From the IMG/VR virus record IMGVR_UViG_3300020558_000001: 24,664 bases of DNA; one strand, 5' to 3'. The translations under genes and the position numbers were made by a program. Origin of the DNA: an uncultured virus (IMG/VR IMGVR_UViG_3300020558_000001) (lineage: Duplodnaviria; Heunggongvirae; Uroviricota; Caudoviricetes). This document shows positions 8,248 to 15,619 of the stretch, in pieces (the stretch's first letter is position 1; each line of letters begins with the position of its first letter). Under the pieces are notes generated by a model that saw nothing but the letters and a program-made list of their open reading frames with translations, was not told the origin of the DNA and made no database searches.

Positions 8248-8907
8248 ATGAAAAACAGAATGTTAGTACTGATAATCTCAATAGTAGTATTGAGTAGCTG
8301 CTCACAAAAAGAATACATAGATGAGCCTGCACAAATAATAACTTGGAATGGTTCAGATACACTTAAAGTGTTTATGAATAATTCTGATGACCCAAATCCA
8401 CAAATACACAATCACAAGTTTAACAACATTACATTTAAACACCCTAAATTTAATTCTAAAGTAGAGGAAGAATATGTAATGAGATTTTATAAAACTGCAC
8501 AACAAGAACATAAACAATTTGGTATTCCAGCATCTATAAAATTAGCACAAGGTTTATTAGAATCAGCATCAGGTACATCTACTTTATCTAAAAAAACTAA
8601 TAATCATTTTGGTATTAAGTGGACATCTAATCATAAAGGTGGTTATGTAGTTGCTAAAGATGATAAACCTAATGATAGATTTAGAAAGTATAAATCTGCA
8701 TGGTTTTCATATCGTGACCATTCTAAGTTTTTAATGATGGATAGGTATAAACCATGTAGAGATTGTGGTAAAGATTATGAATGTTGGGCAAGACAATTAA
8801 AGAAATGTGGATATGCAACAGCACCACATTATGCAGAATCACTTATAGCTATTATTGACAGAAATAAACTTTATAAGTATGACAATGAAGGTAAAATGCA
8901 TCAATGA
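8248..8907 (+). CDS. GH73 (FlgJ-like glucosaminidase) peptidoglycan hydrolase with lipoprotein signal
   Basis: GIPASIKLAQGLLESASG (catalytic Glu), NNHFGIK, FRKY, GYATAPHY; N-terminal hydrophobic stretch with lipobox LSSC (Cys18). Confidence 0.9.
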   Translation: MKNRMLVLIISIVVLSSCSQKEYIDEPAQIITWNGSDTLKVFMNNSDDPNPQIHNHKFNNITFKHPKFNSKVEEEYVMRFYKTAQQEHKQFGIPASIKLAQGLLESASGTSTLSKKTNNHFGIKWTSNHKGGYVVAKDDKPNDRFRKYKSAWFSYRDHSKFLMMDRYKPCRDCGKDYECWARQLKKCGYATAPHYAESLIAIIDRNKLYKYDNEGKMHQ

Positions 8908-9178
8908 TGATTTTTCTAAAGTAAAAGATGAACTTATTAGGGAATCAAATAGACTCCCTTTAAGTTTTCCTGTTAAAGGAGAATTATATACTATAAGAGA
9001 AACATTTGACAATGATGGACTTGTTACATCTTATCTTTTAAATGAACTTTATAATCCTGTTTTTTACATACCAGTAATAAGACAAAGAAGAGAATTAAGT
9101 TTTGCAGAATGGAGATTTGAACAAGTACATACAGATGTCACAGTAGAAACAGAAATTGAATCACTTCAAACAATTTAA
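8885..9178 (+). CDS. Hypothetical phage protein
   Basis: Likely start MKVKCINDD at 8885; overlaps the previous stop. Confidence 0.7.
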   Translation: MKVKCINDDFSKVKDELIRESNRLPLSFPVKGELYTIRETFDNDGLVTSYLLNELYNPVFYIPVIRQRRELSFAEWRFEQVHTDVTVETEIESLQTI

Positions 9179-9179
9179 A

Positions 9180-9368
9180 ATGAAAGCAATGAGAGAACAT
9201 TGTATAATAGAGCTTGAAAAAGCTAAAGTACAAATAGTACTATGTAAAGAAGTTCTTAATTACACAGATATTCCTAAAGAACTTCAAGATAAGATGACTA
9301 GATTATTTAAAAGTTGTTTAGAAAGTCAAGAATATTTTCTTGCTAAACTTGCAGAATTAGATAAATGA
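9180..9368 (+). CDS. Small hypothetical protein
   Basis: ATG at 9180 just after the previous stop; predicted helical. Confidence 0.65.
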   Translation: MKAMREHCIIELEKAKVQIVLCKEVLNYTDIPKELQDKMTRLFKSCLESQEYFLAKLAELDK

Positions 9369-9556
9369 CAATATTTGAACCACAAAATAGAGTAGAGGTG
9401 CTTACACCTAAAGGTAAAGGGTTTATATGGTTAGTAACAGAATATGGTACTGAAACATCTAAACTCTTTACTGTTATTCAGGATACTGGTGAAATATGGG
9501 AATGGCAAAATAAGGATATAAAAGTATTAAATAACATTTCATTTAATAGAACATGA
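9365..9556 (+). CDS. Small hypothetical phage protein
   Basis: 63 aa; ATGA overlaps with both neighbours. Confidence 0.7.
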   Translation: MTIFEPQNRVEVLTPKGKGFIWLVTEYGTETSKLFTVIQDTGEIWEWQNKDIKVLNNISFNRT

Positions 9557-9753
9557 CAATTGGAGAAACATTAAAGAAGCTGATAACAGCAGAGCATTAT
9601 GCAGAAGTAAGAATAACTGTTCCTGATAATTTTATTTCTTTTATTAAAGAAATGCTTCCAGATGACTATGGATACATTGAAGCAAAAGAAGAATCTTATC
9701 AAGAAGTATTAACTATACTTAAAAACACAATGAATGATAACTCAAACAGTTAG
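9553..9753 (+). CDS. Small hypothetical protein
   Basis: 66 aa; coupled to neighbours. Confidence 0.65.
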   Translation: MTIGETLKKLITAEHYAEVRITVPDNFISFIKEMLPDDYGYIEAKEESYQEVLTILKNTMNDNSNS

Positions 9754-10597
9754 AAAAGCATTAGATATAAAACCATCTGGAAGGAGTAGTGATTTCATTA
9801 CTCCTTCTTTCATTCATGGGTGTTTATATAAATGTGGTTATTGTTATATGAGGAGAAATAAACCTGAAGGTATATCAATAGCTACAAATACTGATGAAAT
9901 ATTACAGACTGTATATAATCATGCTCAAAGATTAGGTGTTAAAATACCTAATCAAACTCATGAAAATCTATGGACTTATGATATTTCTTGTAATGAAGAT
10001 TTTGCACTACATGCTAAGTACCACGAATGGGAAAAAATATTTGATTTCTTTACTCAATCTGATTTACCTATAATGGGTACATTTGCAACTAAATATGTAA
10101 ATGATAAGTTGTTAGATTACAATCCTGATAAAAAGATTAGGATTAGATTCTCACTAATGCCACAAAATTTATCTGATATATTAGAACCAAACACTTCATT
10201 AATTTCAGAAAGAATAGATGCTATAAATGATTTCTACTATGCAGGTTATGATGTTCATATTAATTTTAGTCCTATTATAATTATTCCTGGAGCTAAATCT
10301 TTATATGAAGATTTGTTCAAAAAGATTGATTACTATGTGGATGATAAAATTAAAAATGATATACTTGCAGAATGTATTATGCTAACTCATAATAAAGGTA
10401 TGCATGAGTATAATTTAGAACATAATCCTGAAGTAGAAGAATTGCTATGGAATCCTAAAGTACAAGAAAATAAAATATCATCTTATGGTTCTAAAAACAT
10501 TAGGTATAAATGGCAGTTAAAGAATAGGTATATATCTGATTTTGTAAAACTACATGATGAGATAATACCTTGGAATAAAATTCGTTACATTTTTTAA
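9734..10597 (+). CDS. splB: Spore photoproduct lyase family radical SAM protein
   Basis: SSDFITPSFIHGCLYKCGYCYM (CxxxCxxC), YDISCNED (position of the SPL H-donor Cys), FATKYVN, RIRFSLMP and GYDVHINFSPII. Confidence 0.85.
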   Translation: MITQTVRKALDIKPSGRSSDFITPSFIHGCLYKCGYCYMRRNKPEGISIATNTDEILQTVYNHAQRLGVKIPNQTHENLWTYDISCNEDFALHAKYHEWEKIFDFFTQSDLPIMGTFATKYVNDKLLDYNPDKKIRIRFSLMPQNLSDILEPNTSLISERIDAINDFYYAGYDVHINFSPIIIIPGAKSLYEDLFKKIDYYVDDKIKNDILAECIMLTHNKGMHEYNLEHNPEVEELLWNPKVQENKISSYGSKNIRYKWQLKNRYISDFVKLHDEIIPWNKIRYIF

Positions 10598-10607
10598 ATA
10601 GAATAAT

Positions 10608-11420
10608 ATGAAAAACATACACATATTACCAACAGATAAACCAAGTAAACTTCAAAAAACTAAACATGATAATTTTTTCTTATCTTTTAGAGTTGATTTG
10701 TTTACTGATTGCACATCTCAACACATATACGTCACTTCTGATGATAAGATTAAAGAAGGGGATTTCTTTTATGTTAAAACACCAAATATACATGGAGGAA
10801 ATATAGTTACAAAATGTTTAAACCTTGGAAAAGGTTGTTGGTCAGAACACATTTTAACGGATACAATAGATGAGAAAGGTTATCACCCATCACATTGTAA
10901 AAAAATCATCCTAACAACAGACCAAGACCTTATCAAAGATGGTGTTCAAGCTATTGATGATACATTTCTTAAATGGTTTGTGAATAATCCAAGTTGTGAG
11001 GAGGTTGAGGTTGAAAAAGAAGATTACTCTCAAAAATGTAGAGAATGTGGAGAAACTGTAAAAAGAGGATATATTTGCAATAGAGGTTGTTTTATGAAGT
11101 CGGGTAATTTTATTCCTACTGATAAAAATATTAAATACAAAATCATCATTCCAAAAGAAGAACTTAAGCCAATACATCAACAAATAATTGACATTGTTGG
11201 TGGCGAAGATAGGTTTAAAGAAATCGCTGGTCTAAAACCTAAACCTGAAACAATTGAAGAAGCTGCTGAAAGAATGTATACTGATGAAGATATAGATAAG
11301 CAAATATCAGATTTTAAATATGATTTAAAAGAGTCAACTAGTACATTTGTTAAACAGAATTGTGAAGGTGCTATATTTGGTTTAAATAGATTAAAACAAT
11401 TTAAAAAAGATAAGTTATGA
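10608..11420 (+). CDS. Hypothetical phage protein with small Cys cluster
   Basis: MKNIHILPTDKPS, CKKIILTTDQDLIKDGVQAID, CRECG...ICNRGC and ETIEEAAE; resembles uncharacterised proteins of environmental Bacteroidota phages (from recall). Confidence 0.7.
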   Translation: MKNIHILPTDKPSKLQKTKHDNFFLSFRVDLFTDCTSQHIYVTSDDKIKEGDFFYVKTPNIHGGNIVTKCLNLGKGCWSEHILTDTIDEKGYHPSHCKKIILTTDQDLIKDGVQAIDDTFLKWFVNNPSCEEVEVEKEDYSQKCRECGETVKRGYICNRGCFMKSGNFIPTDKNIKYKIIIPKEELKPIHQQIIDIVGGEDRFKEIAGLKPKPETIEEAAERMYTDEDIDKQISDFKYDLKESTSTFVKQNCEGAIFGLNRLKQFKKDKL

Positions 11421-11620
11421 AACAGACAGCAGTAGAATGGTTATTATCTCAAAAAATGGCATTAACATCAGAAGAGTTTGATGATATTATTGAACAAGCC
11501 CTCGAAATGGAAAAGCATCAGATGTTACATTTTTGGAAAGGTGGTTTATTTGCAAATGAATCAGGCGGTAAAAACTTTGAAACGTATTACAATGAAACCT
11601 ATAAAAAAGATAAGCCATGA
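11417..11620 (+). CDS. Small hypothetical phage protein (MKQTAVEWL type)
   Basis: 67 aa; ATGA/ATGA overlaps with neighbours. Confidence 0.7.
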   Translation: MKQTAVEWLLSQKMALTSEEFDDIIEQALEMEKHQMLHFWKGGLFANESGGKNFETYYNETYKKDKP

Positions 11621-11868
11621 CACCAAAAGAAAAAGCAATAGAATTAATTGATAAATATGATTCAACTTTAACTTATTTAGAATCTAAAAGTAAAGCCAAA
11701 CAATGTGCCTTGATAGCAGTTGAAGAAATATTGCATTGTGAAGCCACAGAACCATCTGATACTGATTGGGATGATTGCGGTGCAACTGCTCAATATTACT
11801 GGCCGCAAAAGAAAGTTGATGCAGGTAAATTTTGGGGCGATGTCAAGTCGGAGTTGCAGTCTTTGTAA
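11617..11868 (+). CDS. Small hypothetical phage protein (MTPKEKA type)
   Basis: 83 aa; AKQCALIAVEEI; higher GC in the 3' half. Confidence 0.7.
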   Translation: MTPKEKAIELIDKYDSTLTYLESKSKAKQCALIAVEEILHCEATEPSDTDWDDCGATAQYYWPQKKVDAGKFWGDVKSELQSL

Positions 11869-11872
11869 GTTT

Positions 11873-11907
11873 GCGTATAACGTGATGCAGATACACACTG
11901 TTAGCGT
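11873..11907. repeat. Imperfect inverted repeat, attC-like
   Basis: GTATAAC (11875-81) ... GTTAGCG (11900-06) around GTG(A)TG/CACAC, a few nt after the stop of 11617-11868. Confidence 0.3.
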
Positions 11908-11938
11908 TCATGGGATAATTCAAAAACGCATTTTTAAC

Positions 11939-12028
11939 AGTCCTGTGGCGGAATTGGTGTCAATCAGAGTTGGATGTGGGTTTTCGCACGCATTACGGCT
12001 GATACAGGTTCGAATCCTGTCAGGACTA
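11939..12028 (+). ncRNA. tRNA-like RNA (non-canonical or pseudo-tRNA)
   Basis: 7-bp acceptor stem AGTCCTG/CAGGACT with discriminator A; perfect T-arm ACAGG-TTCGAAT-CCTGT; D-loop-like TGGCGGAATTGGT; no 3' D-stem strand, no 5-bp/7-nt anticodon arm, no encoded CCA. Confidence 0.7.
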
Positions 12029-12056
12029 TTTTTTTAATTTTTAAAAACAAACTAAT

Positions 12057-12233
12057 ATGAGTAATAAAATTTTTGCACTTTTTGCACTCTTAATGGGTAT
12101 AGTGTATTTTTGTCTATTTGCCTACGATATAGAATATGACCGAGATTTAATGACTTGGTTTTGGTTATTATTTTCTCAAATTTGGTTTATGGTTAGTTTT
12201 CGTTTTTGGATTTTACATGATAACACAAATTAA
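12057..12233 (+). CDS. Small 58-aa membrane protein (2 TM), not in ORF track
   Basis: MSNKIFALFALLMGIVYFCLFAYDIEYDRDLMTWFWLLFSQIWFMVSFRFWILHDNTN; A-rich leader AAAAACAAACTAAT. Confidence 0.6.
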   Translation: MSNKIFALFALLMGIVYFCLFAYDIEYDRDLMTWFWLLFSQIWFMVSFRFWILHDNTN

Positions 12234-12489
12234 TATGATACAAGCAGTAGTAGGCGAAGAAGGTAAAGAACCTAATTATGATAATGATTTAAAGTTACAT
12301 AATAGATTATTAGAGTCAGGTCATTTTTCTCCATTTGAACATTGTGCTAAAGTTATGACTGATGAAGAGTATGAAAGTTTTATAAAAGGTGAAATTGATT
12401 TTTGTTTTGATATACCTAAACATACTATGGGATGATGTAACAATTTTAAAGGATTTATTCAATACAGATATTTGATAGATAGAAATTAA
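12217..12489 (+). pseudogene. thyX: C-terminal remnant of a phage ThyX-like flavin-dependent thymidylate synthase
   Basis: VVGEEGKEPNYDNDLKLHNRLLESGHFSPFEHCA, and past the TGA at 12433-35 the frame continues G*CNNFKGFIQYRYLIDRN, matching the recalled phage ThyX end GWCxNFxGFIQYR. The N-terminal catalytic part is absent. Confidence 0.7.
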
Positions 12490-12501
12490 TTTCTATATTT
12501 G
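12471..12501 (+). promoter_or_regulatory. Bacteroidota housekeeping sigma promoter (-33/-7)
   Basis: TTTG (12471-74), 19-nt spacer, TATATTTG (12494-501) = TTTG-N19-21-TAnnTTTG consensus; ~30 nt upstream of ATG 12532. Confidence 0.6.
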
Positions 12502-12531
12502 GCAATTCTTAAACTTTTTAAACCACTTTTC

Positions 12532-13377
12532 ATGAAACATTCACTTCATTCCTCCTTTTACCCACACATTGACGCACAAGATTTTACTAAAGTTACTGCT
12601 AAACTTCGTGCATTTTTTCAGAGTAAAGGATTTTTAGAAGTTCACACTCAAAATAGACTTAGTATTTTAACAGCATGTGAAGACCCATTTAATATTGGTA
12701 CATTTACTTATGCAGGTAAAATATGGCCTCTTCCTCAAACAGGTCAAATGTGGTTAGAACATGAATTATTAACTCAACCTGATGTTCCTGGTTTCTTTTG
12801 TCTAAGTACATCTTACAGAAATGAAAAGAATCCTATTGATGGAAGACATTGCATGATATTCCCAATGTTTGAGTTTGAATTTGCAGGTGATATGAATGCA
12901 CTAATGGAATTAGAAATTGAACTCATTACTTATTTAGGATTTAAAGAGTATGCAGTAAGAGAGTATGAAGAACTTTGTGATGAAGAAGGCATTAGTATTA
13001 TTGACAATGAAATGGAAAACAAACTTTGGCAAGATGTATCTGATGCAGTATTTTTAAGACATTTTCCAGAAAGAACTAATCCATTCTGGAATATGAAAAG
13101 AGCTGAAGATAACACTTCTAAAAAGATTGATGTTATTCTTTGTGGTCAAGAAACTATTGGTTCAGCAGAAAGAAGTTGTGATGTAGAACAAATGAGAAAA
13201 ACATTTTATTCTATTGAAAATGGTAAATATGCTGAAAAACTATTTGATTTATTTAGTCACAACAGAGTAATGGATGAATTAAATGAATTTTTATCTTATA
13301 ACTTTATCCCAAGAGTAGGTGCTGGTATTGGTATTACAAGACTAATAAGAGCAATGAAAATTATTGGTAGCATATAA
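12532..13377 (+). CDS. Class IIb aaRS catalytic-domain-only protein (AsnRS-like / archaeal-type asparagine synthetase-like)
   Basis: Motif 1 region FFQSKGFLEVHT, LPQTGQMWLE, motif 2 SYRNE...RH..IFPMFEFE, ETIGSAER, motif 3 GAGIGITRL; no N-terminal OB-fold. ATG 12532 preferred to TTG 12499, which overlaps the promoter. Confidence 0.8.
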   Translation: MKHSLHSSFYPHIDAQDFTKVTAKLRAFFQSKGFLEVHTQNRLSILTACEDPFNIGTFTYAGKIWPLPQTGQMWLEHELLTQPDVPGFFCLSTSYRNEKNPIDGRHCMIFPMFEFEFAGDMNALMELEIELITYLGFKEYAVREYEELCDEEGISIIDNEMENKLWQDVSDAVFLRHFPERTNPFWNMKRAEDNTSKKIDVILCGQETIGSAERSCDVEQMRKTFYSIENGKYAEKLFDLFSHNRVMDELNEFLSYNFIPRVGAGIGITRLIRAMKIIGSI

Positions 13378-13414
13378 GTTTTTGTGTTTTCAGGTCAATT
13401 AAAAAGTTCTTGTC

Positions 13415-13464
13415 CCCTATGTAACTCATGCAAGTCTCCATGTTACATAGGGATTTTTATTTTT
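13415..13464 (+). terminator. Probable terminator hairpin
   Basis: CCCTATGTAAC / GTTACATAGGG 11-bp stem with a 16-nt loop, followed by ATTTTTATTTTT. Confidence 0.65.
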
Positions 13465-13483
13465 ACTAACTAAATAACATAAG

Positions 13484-13693
13484 ATGGATATAATTGATGC
13501 TTTAAGTAAAATTAAAAAACTTGAAAGAGAAATTGAAGAACTAAAGAAAGAACTTAATAAATCTAAATATGAAGTTAAAATACATAAACAAATAGAAGAA
13601 AGATATTTAGATGAATGTGATAGGTTATCTTGTTTAGTTGCTAAGTATGCCCCATTTGAAGATTACGATGAGGTGATTGTTAAACAAAAATAA
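13484..13693 (+). CDS. Small coiled-coil hypothetical protein
   Basis: KIKKLEREIEELKKEL heptads. Confidence 0.65.
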   Translation: MDIIDALSKIKKLEREIEELKKELNKSKYEVKIHKQIEERYLDECDRLSCLVAKYAPFEDYDEVIVKQK

Positions 13694-13699
13694 AAAATT

Positions 13700-14224
13700 A
13701 TGAAATGGTTAGTTTTTATTACAATTGCATTATTAACAACCCCTTGTTATTATGTAGAAAAAGAAGTTAAATGTATTGATGCTGCTATTCCAATTGATAA
13801 ATTTAAAAATTGGAGCATTAATGATAAACTACAATCTGAATGGACTGATGTAGATTGGTTAGCTAAGATGATGATGTCTGAAGTATATGATAGTGTAGAA
13901 ATTGAAGCAATATATCTTGTTGGTATAACAGCTAAAAATCACAGCATTATAGATAAAACTACAATTACTAAAGCTATTTTAAGACCAGGTTCATTTTCAG
14001 GAGTTAATCTTTCCTCCTATATTTGGTGGAAAGCAGAACCTACTGAGATGCATAAAAGATTAGCACTCAGGATAATAGCAGAAGATGTACCTCAACATCT
14101 TAAAAAGTTATTTGCTTTTTGTAATCTTAAATTATTATCTCCTAAAACTAAAGCTTGGTTTTTATCATTTAAAGTTTATAAAAATATAAAGGATGTTACC
14201 TTTTTTGTTAATGAAAAATTGTAA
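13700..14224 (+). CDS. SleB-like cell wall hydrolase (Hydrolase_2 family) with signal peptide
   Basis: DVDWLAKMMMSE (catalytic Glu), AIYLVGITAKN, TITKAILRPGSFSG match the SleB pattern; hydrophobic N-terminus. Confidence 0.6.
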   Translation: MKWLVFITIALLTTPCYYVEKEVKCIDAAIPIDKFKNWSINDKLQSEWTDVDWLAKMMMSEVYDSVEIEAIYLVGITAKNHSIIDKTTITKAILRPGSFSGVNLSSYIWWKAEPTEMHKRLALRIIAEDVPQHLKKLFAFCNLKLLSPKTKAWFLSFKVYKNIKDVTFFVNEKL

Positions 14225-14248
14225 TTTTGTTTTAAATAAAAGAATATC

Positions 14249-14749
14249 ATGGAAATAAAGATTAAAACAAAACATGAAAATGTTGTAATACCAGAATATG
14301 CAACTGAAGGAGCTGCAGGATTTGATTTTGTAGCTGATTCATTTATCCAACTATACAATAAACAAACTCCAATATCATTTGATGAAAAGTTAAAGTACTC
14401 TATTCAAAAAGGATATTTAGTACTTAGACCTAATGAAAGATTACTTGTTGGTACAGGATTATTTATGGAGATACCTCAAGGGTATGAGTTACAAATTAGA
14501 GATAGAAGTGGACTTTCATTAAAGAAAGGAATTAAAGTATTTAATGCTCCAGGAACTATTGATTCTGATTACAGGGGTGAAGTAGGCATTATACTTGCTA
14601 ATCTTAGTGACAGCTTAGTTAAAATACAACTTGGTGAAAGAATTGCTCAAGGCATTATTGCAAAAGTAGAAAAAGCTATTTTTACTAACAGTACATTATC
14701 AGAAACTAAAAGAGCTGATGGTGGATTTGGAAGTACAGGAATTATATAA
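14249..14749 (+). CDS. dut: Trimeric dUTPase
   Basis: All five motifs: AAGFDF, RSGL, GTIDSDYRGE, ERIAQ, RADGGFGSTG. Confidence 0.97.
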   Translation: MEIKIKTKHENVVIPEYATEGAAGFDFVADSFIQLYNKQTPISFDEKLKYSIQKGYLVLRPNERLLVGTGLFMEIPQGYELQIRDRSGLSLKKGIKVFNAPGTIDSDYRGEVGIILANLSDSLVKIQLGERIAQGIIAKVEKAIFTNSTLSETKRADGGFGSTGII

Positions 14750-14779
14750 AGTTGCTCATTCACTTTATTTTTTGGAAGG

Positions 14780-14807
14780 AAGGGGTGTAGAAATGCACCC
14801 TTTTTTT
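14780..14807 (+). terminator. Rho-independent terminator
   Basis: GGGTGTA-GAAA-TGCACCC hairpin followed by T7. Confidence 0.85.
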
Positions 14808-14820
14808 AAATCTTATAATT

Positions 14821-15540
14821 ATGCTAAATATTAAAACTCCAATTTGGGTATTGCTTATTATAGCAATATTATTTTTAGTAGTAACTTGTAATGGTGTACA
14901 AAAAGAAAATCGTTTATCAAATCAATTAAATTTATACAAAACATTAGTAGAAGATACTCTTGTACAATTTAAAGATAAGAATGGTGTACTCTCAAGTAAA
15001 GTCAAAGTATTAGAAGTTCTCAATAAAAATCAAATATTAGAACTCAATACAAATAAGCAGACTTTAATAAGACTTCAGGAGGAATTAAAAGTACAACAGG
15101 GTAGAGTAACAAATTCTGTGGGATTCTCAGGTCAAACAAAATTTGATACAATCTTTAAAACCCAAATAAAATATGTCTATGATACTCTGTTTCAAGAGGG
15201 TGACACTATACTAGTTCCTCTTCAAAAATATGCTGTTCATCATAATGATAAATGGATGAGTGTAAATTTTGATTCTGATAGTTCTAATACAGAAATCAGT
15301 ATTAAAGTAGAAAATGAATACACAGTTAGTCTTGTAAAGAAGAAAAAGAAATATGAAGCCATAGTAAAAAATTATAACCCTTATTCTTCAGTTTCAGAAA
15401 TTAGTGCAGTATCTTTACAAGGATTTCCAAAGCCTAAGAAGTTTGGATTAGGAGTACATTTAGGATATGGTATAAATTCTTCTTTTAGAGTAGCACCATA
15501 TATAGGTGTAGGTGTTTCATATAATGTAATTCGTTTTTAG
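14821..15540 (+). CDS. Membrane-anchored envelope protein, spanin candidate
   Basis: N-terminal TM/signal (WVLLIIAILFLVVTC), coiled-coil middle, and a Gly/aromatic C-terminal beta-hairpin (FGLGVHLGYG...PYIGVGVSYNVIRF). Confidence 0.5.
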   Translation: MLNIKTPIWVLLIIAILFLVVTCNGVQKENRLSNQLNLYKTLVEDTLVQFKDKNGVLSSKVKVLEVLNKNQILELNTNKQTLIRLQEELKVQQGRVTNSVGFSGQTKFDTIFKTQIKYVYDTLFQEGDTILVPLQKYAVHHNDKWMSVNFDSDSSNTEISIKVENEYTVSLVKKKKKYEAIVKNYNPYSSVSEISAVSLQGFPKPKKFGLGVHLGYGINSSFRVAPYIGVGVSYNVIRF

Positions 15541-15579
15541 TTTTCATACGTTTAGTTTTTGTAAGTGATTAAAAAAGTG

Positions 15580-15612
15580 AAAAGGTTTCCTTAAATGGAA
15601 ACCTTTTTTTTT
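15580..15612. terminator. Bidirectional terminator at the convergence of the two gene blocks
   Basis: AAAAGGTTTCC-TTAAAT-GGAAACCTTTT hairpin with a T run on the right and A-rich sequence on the left, between convergent stops at 15540 and 15620. Confidence 0.85.
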
Positions 15613-15619
15613 ACTATTG

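Noticed and set aside
11939..12028. Functional tRNA-Leu/Ser call
   Set aside because: D-loop and length resemble class II tRNAs, but I cannot build a D-stem or anticodon arm, so no isotype is assigned.
11720..12037. 105-aa ORF from the track
   Set aside because: Overlaps 11617-11868 out of frame and runs through the hairpin and tRNA-like element; likely spurious.
12433..12435. Genome-wide TGA=Trp or TAG=Gln recoding
   Set aside because: Long ORFs are uninterrupted under code 11, Trp is TGG, and TGA/TAG end genes at sensible places (TAG 2449-51 before a terminator, ATGA overlaps, TGA at 15620-22).
14204..14229. Possible TAnnTTTG promoter before dut (TAATTTTG 14222-29)
   Set aside because: Nearest TTTG is only 14 nt upstream, and the octamer arises easily by chance in AT-rich DNA.
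628..14358. Short antisense or nested ORFs (628-813, 1290-1478, 6389-6616, 7864-8100, 10911-11183, 11677-11898, 12930-13115, 14176-14358)
   Set aside because: They overlap well-supported genes and show no motifs; shadow ORFs.
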